Assembly: GCA_964612335.1 (NCBI GenBank)
Contig: CAZTDU010000007.1
Coordinates: 20,800-84,799, forward strand
Direction of reading: 5' to 3'
DNA: 64,000 nt
Source of the DNA: an uncultured Enterobacteriaceae bacterium
GTDB lineage: Bacteria > Pseudomonadota > Gammaproteobacteria > Burkholderiales > SG8-39
Part shown: piece after piece, positions 19,934 through 29,066 of the stretch
Layout of the letters: every line of letters begins with the position of its first letter
Numbering within the stretch: the stretch's first letter is position 1
Position numbers and translations under genes: made by a program
The notes under the pieces: model-generated
Told to the model about the DNA's origin: nothing
The model's database searches: none
The model's input: only the letters and a program-made list of their open reading frames with translations

Positions 19934-20708
19934 GCGCCTGAAATCGGTTTCGTACCCGCTCGTGGCCTTCGTCGCGCTGATCGTGTTCTGGGACGTCGCG
20001 ATCCGCGTGCTGAAGATCCCGAACTTCATCCTGCCCACGCCGGAGTCGGTGCTCGACGCGCTCAATCGCGGCTACGTCGAGGGCCACTTCTGGCAGCATT
20101 TCCTGTTCACCTCGCAATCGATGCTGCTGGGCTACGTGTTCGGCTGCAGCGCCGCGTTCGCGCTCGGGTGCCTGTTCGCCGAGTCACGCGCCGTGGAGCG
20201 CACGCTGCTGCCATTCGTCGTCGCGCTGCAGTCGATGCCGAAGGTGGCGCTCGCGCCGCTGATCATCGTCTGGTTCGGCTTCGGCATCGAATCGAAGATC
20301 GTCATGGTGGCGCTGGTGTGCTTCTTCCCGATGTTCATCAACACCGTCGTCGGCCTGAAGCAGACCAGCCCCGCGCTGCTCGACCTGATGACCGCGTTCT
20401 CGGCGTCGCGCTGGAGCGTGCTCCTGCGCATCAAGATCCCGTCCGCGGCCGGGCACATCTTCGCCGGCTTGCAGATCGCCATCGTGCTCGGCCTGATCGG
20501 CGCGGTGGTGGCCGAGTTCGTCTCCTCGACCAAGGGCCTCGGGCACCTGATCAACGCCGCGGCCGTGAACCTGGAGACCAACGTCATGTTCGCCGCGCTT
20601 ATCAGCCTCGCGGTGCTCGGCGTCGGCGGCAGCCAGCTGATGCGCTACCTGCACGCCAAGATCGTGTTCTGGGACAAGGGCTCCTCGACCGAACAGGTAG
20701 CGGAGTGA
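19926..20708 (+). CDS. ABC transporter permease
   Basis: 260-aa polytopic membrane protein that overlaps the ATPase stop by 8 nt. Confidence 0.9.
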   Translation: MSERLKSVSYPLVAFVALIVFWDVAIRVLKIPNFILPTPESVLDALNRGYVEGHFWQHFLFTSQSMLLGYVFGCSAAFALGCLFAESRAVERTLLPFVVALQSMPKVALAPLIIVWFGFGIESKIVMVALVCFFPMFINTVVGLKQTSPALLDLMTAFSASRWSVLLRIKIPSAAGHIFAGLQIAIVLGLIGAVVAEFVSSTKGLGHLINAAAVNLETNVMFAALISLAVLGVGGSQLMRYLHAKIVFWDKGSSTEQVAE

Positions 20709-20721
20709 GGGTCTTGACGGC

Positions 20722-21939
20722 GTGAGCCTTGCCCTCGCCGTGTTCCTCCCCTTCGCGGCGGGGTTCTTCCTTTCCTTCCTCTTCCGCATCGTCAATGGCG
20801 TCATCGCCAAGGACCTCGCGGGGACGTTCTCGCTCGCGCCCGACCAGCTCGGGCTGCTGACCAGTACCTACCTGCTCGCGTTTGCCGCGATGCAGGTGCC
20901 GGTCGGGGTGTTCCTCGACCGCTACGGCCCGCGGCGCGTCGTCGCCGCGCTGCTGCTCGTGGCGGGCGCGGGTTCGCTCGCGTTCGCGCTGGCGAACGGC
21001 TTCGCGACGCTGGCGCTGGGCCGCGCGCTGATAGGCGTCGGCGTTGCCGCCTGCCTGACCGGCGCGATGAAGGCGTTCACGCTGTGGTACCCGCTCGAGC
21101 GCCTGTCGAGCCTCAACGGCCTGATCATCGCCGTCGGCGGGCTCGGCGGGCTTGCCGCCACGGCACCGTTCGAGATCGGCACCGCCGCGTTCGGCTGGCG
21201 CGCGATGTTCATGCTGCTCGCCGCGCTGTGCGTCGCCAGCGCGGCATACATCTTCGCCGTGGTGCCGGAAAAGCGCATCGCCGGCGCCGCAGAAGGCTGG
21301 CTGACCGCGTTCCGGCGTGTCGGCGGGATCTTCGGTGCCCAGGTGTTCTGGCGCGTCGGGCTCGCGTTGATGGTGATCCACGCGAGCTTCCAGGCGCTGC
21401 TGGGGCTGTGGCTGGCGCCCTGGCTGATCGATGTCGCCGGCCTGACGCGGGCCGAAGCGGCCAACTGGCTCTTCGCCGCAGTGCTTGCCTATACCGCGGG
21501 GTCGCTGTTCTTCGGCGTTGGCGCCGACCAGCTCTCCGCGCGCGGGTTCTCGCGCCTGAGCGTGCTCAAGTGGGGCACGGCGGTGGCGGTGCTGGCCCTG
21601 TTCGGCCTCGCGGCGGCGCCTTCGCAGGGCAAGTTCGCGCTGCTCCTCGTCTACGCGTTCAGCGTCATCGCGCCAGCCCTGGCGTACGCGCTGCTGACCC
21701 GCCACTTTCCGCCCGATGTCGCTGGGCGCGTGAACACCGCGCTGAACGTCGGCATGTTCGTGTCGGCCTTCATCGTGCAATGGGGCGTAGGCGCGGTGCT
21801 GCACGCGTTTCCCGCCGACGGCGCGCGCTACTCGCCCGAGGGCTACGCGCTCGCGCTCGGCACGCTGGCGACGCTGCATGTCGCGGTCTGGCTGTGGCTC
21901 GCCACGATGAAGCAGGAACCGATGCCGCATCGGCAGTAG
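20722..21939 (+). CDS. MFS transporter
   Basis: 405-aa ORF with a GTG start and about 12 hydrophobic segments. Contains the MFS-type loop LDRYGPRRV. Confidence 0.85.
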   Translation: MSLALAVFLPFAAGFFLSFLFRIVNGVIAKDLAGTFSLAPDQLGLLTSTYLLAFAAMQVPVGVFLDRYGPRRVVAALLLVAGAGSLAFALANGFATLALGRALIGVGVAACLTGAMKAFTLWYPLERLSSLNGLIIAVGGLGGLAATAPFEIGTAAFGWRAMFMLLAALCVASAAYIFAVVPEKRIAGAAEGWLTAFRRVGGIFGAQVFWRVGLALMVIHASFQALLGLWLAPWLIDVAGLTRAEAANWLFAAVLAYTAGSLFFGVGADQLSARGFSRLSVLKWGTAVAVLALFGLAAAPSQGKFALLLVYAFSVIAPALAYALLTRHFPPDVAGRVNTALNVGMFVSAFIVQWGVGAVLHAFPADGARYSPEGYALALGTLATLHVAVWLWLATMKQEPMPHRQ

Positions 21940-21964
21940 ACTGCGGTTTCAGGGAGGATCGACC

Positions 21965-23020
21965 ATGTTCAGCACCACCATCGCGGGCAGCCTGCCCAAG
22001 CCGTTCTGGCTCGCCGAAACCGGAAAACTGTGGCCGCGCTGGCGCGCCGAAGGCGAGGAGCTGGCGCGCGCCAAGCGCGACGCCACGCTGCTGTGGCTGA
22101 AGGAGCAGGAAGCCGCCGGCGTCGACATCGTCACCGACGGCGAGCAGTCGCGCCAGCACTTCGTGCACGGCTTCCTCGAGTACGTCGACGGCATCGACTT
22201 CGAGCACAAGGTGAAGATGGGCATCCGCGACAACCGCTACGACGCCATGGTGCCGGTGGTGGTGGGGCCGCTGCGGCTGAAGGGCCGCGTGCACGAGGCG
22301 GACGCGAAGCTCCTGCGCGCGAACACGAAGAAGAAGATCAAGATCACCATGCCCGGGCCGATGACCATCGTCGATACCCTCGCCGACCGTCACTACGGCG
22401 ACAAGGTGAAGCTGGCGATGGCCTTCGCCGCGCTGCTGAACCAGGAGGCGCGCGCGCTGGTCAGGGACGGCGTCGACGTGATCCAGTTCGACGAGCCGGC
22501 GTTCAACGTCTACATGAGCGACGTGGTGAAGTGGGGCGTCAAGGCGCTCGAGCGCGCGGCGAGGGGACTCAAGTGCACGACTGCCGTGCACATCTGCTAC
22601 GGCTACGGCATCAAGGCGAACCTCGACTGGAAGGAAACGCTGGGCGGCGAATGGCGCCAGTACGAGAAGATCTTCCCCGCGCTGGCGAAGTCGAGCATCG
22701 ACCAGGTGTCGCTCGAGTGCATACATTCGAAGGTGCCGGCCGAGCTGATGGCGCTGCTGAAGGGCAAGGACGTGCTGGTGGGCGTGATCGACGTCGCCTC
22801 CGACAAGGTCGAGACGCCGCGCGAAGTCGCCGCGACCATCGGCCGCGCGCTGCGCTACGTGCCGAAGAACAGGCTCTTTCCCTGCACCAACTGCGGCATG
22901 GCGCCGATGGACCGCGACATCGCGCGCGCCAAGCTGCACGCGCTGGCCGAGGGCGCGGCGCTGGCGAGGCAGCGCTATCGCCAGTCCGCGGCTAGTCCGC
23001 GGTTGCGCCGGAGGCCTTGA
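21965..23020 (+). CDS. cobalamin-independent methionine synthase family protein (MetE catalytic-domain-only type)
   Basis: 351-aa ORF. Motifs: IVTDGEQSRQHF, VIQFDEPAF, AVHICYGYG, PCTNCGM (His/Cys zinc ligands). Its last 29 nt overlap the convergent Bug gene. Confidence 0.8.
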   Translation: MFSTTIAGSLPKPFWLAETGKLWPRWRAEGEELARAKRDATLLWLKEQEAAGVDIVTDGEQSRQHFVHGFLEYVDGIDFEHKVKMGIRDNRYDAMVPVVVGPLRLKGRVHEADAKLLRANTKKKIKITMPGPMTIVDTLADRHYGDKVKLAMAFAALLNQEARALVRDGVDVIQFDEPAFNVYMSDVVKWGVKALERAARGLKCTTAVHICYGYGIKANLDWKETLGGEWRQYEKIFPALAKSSIDQVSLECIHSKVPAELMALLKGKDVLVGVIDVASDKVETPREVAATIGRALRYVPKNRLFPCTNCGMAPMDRDIARAKLHALAEGAALARQRYRQSAASPRLRRRP

Positions 23021-23957
23021 CCACCTCCGCCCAGCGCGCCAGTTCATCGTGGAAGAACTGGTTGGCTTCGTCCGCGCCCTTGGGCGTGGGCACCGCACCC
23101 AGGCCGAGGAGGCGCTCGCGCATGTCGGGAAGCTGGATAAGCCGCGACACCTCGGCATTCACCTTGAGAACGACGGCGCGCGGCGTCCCGGCGGGCGCGA
23201 AGATGCCGAACCAGGAGGTCAAGGTGTAGCCCGGGATTCCCGCCTCGATCATGGTCGGCACGTCGGGAACCGAGGCATCGCGCGCGGCCGACGTCACCGC
23301 AAGTGCGCGCATTTTCCCGGACTTGATCTGCGGCACCACTGCGGGAAGGTTCGAGAACACGCTATCGATCTGCCCGCCGAGGAGATCCGTGAGGCTCGGT
23401 CCGGTTCCCTTGTAAGCGATGTGCAGCCAGTCGATGCCCGTCTTCTGCGCCACCAGCACGCCGCACAGGTGCAGCACGCTGCCAACGCCCGAGGAGCCGT
23501 AGCTGATCTTGCCGGGGGACTGCTTCGCCGCGGCGAGCAGGTCCTTCAACGACTTGTGCGGCGAAGCCGCATTCACCAGCAGCACGTTCGCGGTCGATGC
23601 GATCGGCGCTATGTAGATCAGGTCCCGCCGGGCGTCGTAGGGCATGTGCTTGTACAGCGACGGATTCACCGCATTCGAACCCGAAGTACCGACGAGCAGC
23701 GTGTAGCCATCCGCAGGCGACTTGGCGACCACGTCGGAACCGACGTTGCCGTTGGCGCCGCCGCGGTTCTCCACCACCACGGACTGGCCCCAGGTCTCGC
23801 TGAGTCGCGGGCTGAGCAGGCGCGCGAGCACGTCGGTCGTGCCCCCGGCCGCATAGGGGACGACGAGCCGGACCGGCTTGGTGGGATACTCCTGCGCCGC
23901 TGTTTGCGGCGCAGCAAAAGGCAGCAGGGCAAGCAGCGCGATTGCGAACCGACGCAT
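22992..23957 (-). CDS. Bug/TctC family substrate-binding protein
   Basis: 321-aa ORF with signal peptide MRRFAIALLALLPFAAPQTAAQ and the RLVVPYAAGG motif. Confidence 0.9.
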   Translation of the reverse strand: MRRFAIALLALLPFAAPQTAAQEYPTKPVRLVVPYAAGGTTDVLARLLSPRLSETWGQSVVVENRGGANGNVGSDVVAKSPADGYTLLVGTSGSNAVNPSLYKHMPYDARRDLIYIAPIASTANVLLVNAASPHKSLKDLLAAAKQSPGKISYGSSGVGSVLHLCGVLVAQKTGIDWLHIAYKGTGPSLTDLLGGQIDSVFSNLPAVVPQIKSGKMRALAVTSAARDASVPDVPTMIEAGIPGYTLTSWFGIFAPAGTPRAVVLKVNAEVSRLIQLPDMRERLLGLGAVPTPKGADEANQFFHDELARWAEVVKASGATAD

Positions 23958-24011
23958 GATGTCTCCTCCTCTACCCGCCGGAAGTGGCGGGCCTCCAATT
24001 AATATACTCGC

Positions 24012-24875
24012 ATGATCATGATCAGGCGGCTAGGTCCGGCGTTCGGCGCAGAGGTCAGCGGCGTCGACCTGTCGGCCGAACTGGACGAGGACACCTTCCG
24101 CGCCATCGAGCGCGCCTACGTCGAGCACTCGGTGCTGCTGTTTCGCGGGCAGCGCATGAGCGACGAACGTCATGTGCAGTTCAGCCGACGTTTCGGCGAG
24201 CTCGAGGTCCATGTGCTGCGCGAGTACGTGCACCCCGATCACCCGGAGCTGTACCGCATCTCGAACATCATCGAGAACGGCAAGCGCCTGGGCATTCCCG
24301 ATGCCGGCAACTACTGGCACACCGACCTTTCCTACACCGCGATGCCGAGCCGCGGCTCGATCATGCAGTCGCACAAGGTGCCGCAGCGTGACGGCAAGGC
24401 ACTGGGCGACACGTCCTTCTGCAGTACCGCCGCGGCGTACGACGCGCTGCCGGAGAGCCTGAAGCGCCGCATCGACGGCCTGAAGGCGGTGCACCGCTTC
24501 TGGGACCGCTACCTTGCCGAGCGCAAGAAGGCCGGCCAGCAGGTGGAAGTCTCGGCCGAGCGCCGCGCGCAGACGCCGGACGTGGTGCATCCGGTGGTCA
24601 AGACTCACCCCTTGAGCGGCCGCAAGTGCCTGTTCGTCAACGAGGGCTTTACGATCTCGGTGCTCGGCCTGCCCGAGGACGAATCGCGCGAACTGCTGCA
24701 GGAACTCTATTCATACTGCGGCCGCCCCGACAACGTCTACCGGCATTCCTGGCAGGTCGGCGACGTGGTGATGTGGGACAACTGGGCCACGCAGCATCGC
24801 CTGAACGTCGACTACCGGCCGGACGAGCCGCGTTTCATGCAGCGCACCACGCTGGTCGGATCGACCGCGTTCTGA
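24012..24875 (+). CDS. TauD/TfdA family Fe(II)/2-oxoglutarate dioxygenase
   Basis: 287-aa ORF. Motifs: NYWHTDLSY (His-x-Asp), VVMWDNWATQHR. Confidence 0.9.
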   Translation: MIMIRRLGPAFGAEVSGVDLSAELDEDTFRAIERAYVEHSVLLFRGQRMSDERHVQFSRRFGELEVHVLREYVHPDHPELYRISNIIENGKRLGIPDAGNYWHTDLSYTAMPSRGSIMQSHKVPQRDGKALGDTSFCSTAAAYDALPESLKRRIDGLKAVHRFWDRYLAERKKAGQQVEVSAERRAQTPDVVHPVVKTHPLSGRKCLFVNEGFTISVLGLPEDESRELLQELYSYCGRPDNVYRHSWQVGDVVMWDNWATQHRLNVDYRPDEPRFMQRTTLVGSTAF

Positions 24876-24879
24876 GCTG

Positions 24880-24901
24880 CCGGCCTGGCAGTTCAGGCCG
24901 G
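24880..24901. terminator. hairpin between convergent genes (possible bidirectional terminator)
   Basis: CCGGCCTG (24880-24887) pairs with CAGGCCGG (24894-24901) around a 6-nt loop. There is no clear U-tract, and the hairpin overlaps the stop of the minus-strand ABM gene. Confidence 0.35.
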
Positions 24902-25201
24902 GGACAGGATGTGGATCACGCGGCTGGCGATCATGTCCTTCGTCTTCGCCGCGTAGGCCGCCATGTGCGGCGCGGCGGCATGGGCCTTCAGCGCATCCAT
25001 GCTGTCCCATTTCTCGACGACGACGAAAGTGTCCGGACCGTACCTCGTCTGGAACGGCAAGGCGTTGTCCGCGTCCAGTGCGGCGCCGTACTCGATGCAG
25101 CCTGCTTCCGCCTTCACGGCGGGGACATTGGCGCGGAAGTGCCCGAGTATCGCGTCGCGCATGCCGGGCTTGGCGGTGATGACGGCAAGTACATGGATCA
25201 T
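24893..25201 (-). CDS. antibiotic-biosynthesis-monooxygenase (ABM) domain protein / putative quinol monooxygenase
   Basis: This is the last 102 aa of ORF 24893..25324 (MIHVLAVITAKPGMRDAILGHF...VVVEKWDSMDALKAHAAAPHM). Size and pattern fit the ABM ferredoxin-like fold. Confidence 0.8.
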   Translation of the reverse strand: MIHVLAVITAKPGMRDAILGHFRANVPAVKAEAGCIEYGAALDADNALPFQTRYGPDTFVVVEKWDSMDALKAHAAAPHMAAYAAKTKDMIASRVIHILSPA

Positions 25202-25224
25202 GGTCTTCGACTCCCTGTTCCAGG

Positions 25225-26964
25225 TTACCAGGCGATGGCGAAAGCGGGAAAACAGTGCGACTTGGCACCGCGCGGGTCGCAGCCTGCCTCGATGAGTCCG
25301 CTCTCCTCGTCGATGGCGGCGCACGAGACGAAGCCTTCGGTCCAGTCGGGCGCCACGTCCAGGTCGTGGCCGCGCCGGCGCAGTTCGTCAATCACCTTCG
25401 TGCCGAATCGCGCCTCGATGCGCGTGCGGTTCGGTTCACTCGCGTGCGGCGCGAAGAACCCCGGCGTGTGTTCGGACGAAAGCCGCGGCGCCTCGATCGC
25501 CTCGGGAATGGACATGCCGAAGGCCGCGCGGCAGAGGTAGAACTGCAGCAGCCACTGGCCCTGGTTGTCGCCACCCATGGTGCCGAAGGCCATCCAGGGC
25601 CTGCCGTCACGAAAAGCCATCGACGGCGTCAGCGTGGTGCGTGGCCGCTTGCCCGGCGCGACGACGTTGGGGTGGTGCGCCGGCGCGAGGTAGAAGGTCA
25701 TCATGCGCACCGACAGCGGGAAGCCCAGGGATTCGATCACCTCGGCGGACGAGATCCACGCGCCGCTCGGCGTGAAGGAAGCCATGTTGCCCTTCGCGTC
25801 AACCGCGTCCACGTGCACCGTGCCCGCGCCCCAGTCCTTCGGCGTCAGCAACTCGTCCTGCGGCAGCAGCGCCGCGTTCCTGCGCGCGTCCCCGGGGCGC
25901 AGCTCGCGGCTGGCGTGCCGCATGTCGATCAGCGCCGCGCGCCGTTTCGCGTAGTCGTCCGACAGCAGCACGTCCGCAGGCACGGGCGCCTGCGACGGGT
26001 CGCCGTAGTACTGCTCGCGGTCGGCGTACGCGAGCTTCATCGCCTCGATCAGCAGGTGGCAGTAGTCCGGCGTGCCGAAGCCGATCTTCGCGAGGTCGAA
26101 CTGCCACATCAGCGCCAGCGTCTGCAGCTCGGCCGGCCCCTGCGACCAGAACCCGGTCTTGAAGAGCTCAGTGTCGCCGAACTTGAGCGACGCCGGCTCC
26201 TCGATCTTCGTCTCGAACGCGGCCAGGTCCTCGCGCGCGAGCAGGCCGTCGCGCTCGCGCGAGAACTTCGCGATCTCCGCGGCGACGTCGCCCCGGTAGA
26301 ACGCCGCGAGCGGATCGCGCGCCGAGGCAAGGTAGTCGAAGGCCCGCGCCAGCGCCGGGTTGCGGAACAGTTCGCCGACCTCGGGCACGCGATCCCCCGG
26401 AAGGTAGAGCCGCGCGCTGCCCGGCCACTCGGCGCGAAAACGCGCCGCCATCGGTCCGATGCCGTACTTGTGCTGGTTGCGCAGGCCCTCGGACACGGGA
26501 AAGCCGTCCTTCGCAAGCGCCAGCGCGGGCGCGATGACGTCGCGCAGCGGCAGCGTGCCCCACTGCCGCAGCGCGGTAAGCAGCGCGCCGAACGCGGCGG
26601 GCACGCCTGCGGCGAGGATGCCGGAGTCCGGTATGTCGGCGAGGCCGCGGGCGAGGAACGCCTCGGGCGTTGCGCGCGCGGGTGCAGCCATGTTGCCGTT
26701 GACCGCGATCACGCGCGATTCGCCAGCAAGCCGCACCAGCAGCGGACATTCGCCGCCGATGGTATGCATCTGCGGATTCACCACGCCTTCGACGAAGCTC
26801 GCTGCCACCGCGGCATCGATGGCATTGCCGCCGGCCTTGAGCACGTCGGCGCCGGCGTTCGCGGAAAGATTGCTGTTCGACGCCACTGCGCCACGCCGGC
26901 CCATCAGCCGCGGATGGAACGTCGTCGCGTCGGTCGGCAGGACCCGGTAGGCGCGACGGCTCAC
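25225..26964 (-). CDS. gamma-glutamyltransferase family protein (no signal peptide seen)
   Basis: 579-aa ORF with a GTG start (GTGA overlap with the sulfatase stop). Motifs: GTVHVDAVDAKGNMASFTPSG (autoprocessing Thr region), FGTMGGDNQ. Confidence 0.88.
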   Translation of the reverse strand: MSRRAYRVLPTDATTFHPRLMGRRGAVASNSNLSANAGADVLKAGGNAIDAAVAASFVEGVVNPQMHTIGGECPLLVRLAGESRVIAVNGNMAAPARATPEAFLARGLADIPDSGILAAGVPAAFGALLTALRQWGTLPLRDVIAPALALAKDGFPVSEGLRNQHKYGIGPMAARFRAEWPGSARLYLPGDRVPEVGELFRNPALARAFDYLASARDPLAAFYRGDVAAEIAKFSRERDGLLAREDLAAFETKIEEPASLKFGDTELFKTGFWSQGPAELQTLALMWQFDLAKIGFGTPDYCHLLIEAMKLAYADREQYYGDPSQAPVPADVLLSDDYAKRRAALIDMRHASRELRPGDARRNAALLPQDELLTPKDWGAGTVHVDAVDAKGNMASFTPSGAWISSAEVIESLGFPLSVRMMTFYLAPAHHPNVVAPGKRPRTTLTPSMAFRDGRPWMAFGTMGGDNQGQWLLQFYLCRAAFGMSIPEAIEAPRLSSEHTPGFFAPHASEPNRTRIEARFGTKVIDELRRRGHDLDVAPDWTEGFVSCAAIDEESGLIEAGCDPRGAKSHCFPAFAIAW

Positions 26965-28265
26965 GATGGCTGCGCCAGGTCGGCCTTCGTATAGGGAATC
27001 GCGAACTTCGCGTCGGCAGGAATCCCCGGCATCGACTTCTCCCAGGCTTCGTACTGTTCGCGCATCGAAGCGAGCCGCTGCGGCTCCCGCTTCGCCAGGT
27101 TCGCGCGCTCGCGCTGGTCCTCGGCGAGGTTGAAGAGGAATTCGTCGCCCTCCAGCACCAGGTACTTCCAGTCGCCCGCGCGCAGCGCTTTCTGCCGGCG
27201 AAAAAGCATGCGCCAGTAGAGTTCGCGCGGAAAAGGCCGCTCCGGATCGCGCAGCACCGGCAGCAGGCTTGCGCCATCCATCGGGTACTGCGCGTGCTGT
27301 GCAACCCCGGCCGCATCAAGGAAGGTCGCGGCCCAGTCCATGGTGATCGCGAGCTGTGCCGTCCATGATCCCGGCTTGATGCGGCCCGGCCAGCGCACCA
27401 CATACGGCACGCGTATGCCGCCTTCCAGCAGGTCCATCTTCTTCCCCACCAGCGGCCAGGTATCCGAGAATCGCTCGCCGCCGTTGTCGCTGGTGAACAC
27501 CACCAGCGTGTCGGCGTCCACGCCGGCGGCTTTCAGCGCGTCCATGATCCGCCCTATGCCCTCGTCCATCTGGCGGATCATGGTGCGGTAGGTCGCAACC
27601 GAACCGCCGTCGGTATGGCTGATCCCCGTGCCGATGCGCTCGGATTCCGCCGCGTCCTCGCGCGTCTCCCACGGCCAGTGCGGCGCGGTGTAGTGCACCG
27701 ACAGCAGGAACGGCGCGGCCCCCTTCTTCTGCCTGCCGATGAAGTCCACGGCGGCATCCGTGATCAGGTCTGTCAGGTAGCCGGTGCGGGAGGACTCCTG
27801 CTCGCCCTCGTAGAGGTCGTGCACGCCGGCGCTGTCGAGGTGCGAGAAGTAGTCGACGCCGCCGGCGAGCGGGCCGAAGAACTCCTCGTAGCCGCTTTTC
27901 AGCGGCCCGAAGTGCGGCGGAAATCCCAGGTGCCACTTTCCGCTGAGCGCGGTGCGGTAGCCCGCGTCGCGCAGCAGGGACACGAAGCTCGGGTGCGACG
28001 GCGGCATGCCGAGCACCGGATTGCCGCGCGTGCGCGTGGCGATCGGCTCGTCGTTGCCGCCGCGCAGGCGGTAGTGGTAGCGCCCGCTCATCAGCCCGAA
28101 GCGCGTCGGCGAGCAGACCGGGGAATTCGAGTAGCCGTTGCTGAAGCGCAGCCCCTCGGCAGCCAGGCGGTCCAGCACGGGGGAGCAGTCCTCGCGGGCG
28201 CCGTAGCAGCCCAGGTCGGCGTAGCCGAGGTCATCGGCCATGATGAACACGAAGTTGGGGCGCAT
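26961..28265 (-). CDS. Cys-type sulfatase (arylsulfatase family)
   Basis: 434-aa ORF. Motifs: FIMADDLGYADLG, formylglycine motif CSPTR, SGKWHLG. No N-terminal signal peptide. Confidence 0.9.
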   Translation of the reverse strand: MRPNFVFIMADDLGYADLGCYGAREDCSPVLDRLAAEGLRFSNGYSNSPVCSPTRFGLMSGRYHYRLRGGNDEPIATRTRGNPVLGMPPSHPSFVSLLRDAGYRTALSGKWHLGFPPHFGPLKSGYEEFFGPLAGGVDYFSHLDSAGVHDLYEGEQESSRTGYLTDLITDAAVDFIGRQKKGAAPFLLSVHYTAPHWPWETREDAAESERIGTGISHTDGGSVATYRTMIRQMDEGIGRIMDALKAAGVDADTLVVFTSDNGGERFSDTWPLVGKKMDLLEGGIRVPYVVRWPGRIKPGSWTAQLAITMDWAATFLDAAGVAQHAQYPMDGASLLPVLRDPERPFPRELYWRMLFRRQKALRAGDWKYLVLEGDEFLFNLAEDQRERANLAKREPQRLASMREQYEAWEKSMPGIPADAKFAIPYTKADLAQPS

Positions 28266-28379
28266 GTGCGGATTCTAGGGGCTCGGCGCCTGCGGCGCGC
28301 GCACGTGCCAGGGAAGGGGAATAGCATTTCGCCTGTTCGCCCTGGCGAACGCACAACCCGCACGCTGGAGCGCCTCGCC

Positions 28380-29042
28380 ATGCCATCAGTCCGGACCTTT
28401 GCCGTCACCGCACTTCTTGCCTGCACGCTCGCAGGCGCCCTGCCTGCTGCGCTCGCTGCGCCGCCCGCCGGCCGTGACCAGGCCCTGTCCTGGCTGGAGG
28501 AAACCGAAACCAGCAAGCGCGCCGAGGCGGTGGTGTGGCTGGCGAACCATGGCGCAATGCAGGACGCGCCCCTGCTCGAACGACGCTTGCGTGACGACGA
28601 CGCGACGGTGCGCAGCTACGCCGAGCGCGCGCTGTGGCTGTTGTGGAGCCGGTCAGGCGACCCCGCGATCGACAAGCTGATGGCGCGCGGCGTCGACGAA
28701 ATGCGGGCCGGCCACCACGCACGCGCGATCGCGACCTTCAGCGCGGTGATCGCGCAGCGCCCGGACTTCGCCGAAGCGTGGAACAAGCGCGCGACCGTGT
28801 ACTACCTCGCCGGCGAGCATCGCAAGTCGATCGCCGACTGCGACGAGGTGCTGAGGCGAAACCCGGGGCATTTCGGCGCGCTGTCCGGTGCCGGCCAGGT
28901 CTGGTACGCACTCGAGGAGTACGACAAGGCGCTCGCCGCATGGCGCCGCGCGCTCGAGGTCAACCCCAACATGGTCGGCGTGGAGATGAGCATCCGCAGC
29001 GTCGAGGAACTGCTGAAGGAAAAGCGCGGCCGCGCCATCTGA
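28380..29042 (+). CDS. secreted TPR-repeat protein
   Basis: This is the C-terminal 220 aa of ORF 27615..29042, started at ATG 28380. It has signal peptide MPSVRTFAVTALLACTLAGALPAALAAP and TPR-like helices (AEAWNKRATVYYLAGEHRKSIADCDEVLRRNPGH...). Confidence 0.75.
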   Translation: MPSVRTFAVTALLACTLAGALPAALAAPPAGRDQALSWLEETETSKRAEAVVWLANHGAMQDAPLLERRLRDDDATVRSYAERALWLLWSRSGDPAIDKLMARGVDEMRAGHHARAIATFSAVIAQRPDFAEAWNKRATVYYLAGEHRKSIADCDEVLRRNPGHFGALSGAGQVWYALEEYDKALAAWRRALEVNPNMVGVEMSIRSVEELLKEKRGRAI

Positions 29043-29066
29043 GGCCGCGGCAGCCCCGCGCGAGCC

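Noticed and set aside
21940-21964. An expected cobalamin riboswitch or long leader in front of the MetE-like gene.
   Set aside because: The spacer is only 25 nt (GGGAGG RBS), so there is no room for a riboswitch. The gene appears co-transcribed with the MFS gene.
23974-23991. A hairpin CCCGCC-ggaagt-GGCGGG in the divergent Bug/TauD promoter region.
   Set aside because: A 6-bp GC stem is expected by chance at this GC content, and there is no associated U-tract or conserved box. It is noted only as a possible 5'-UTR element.
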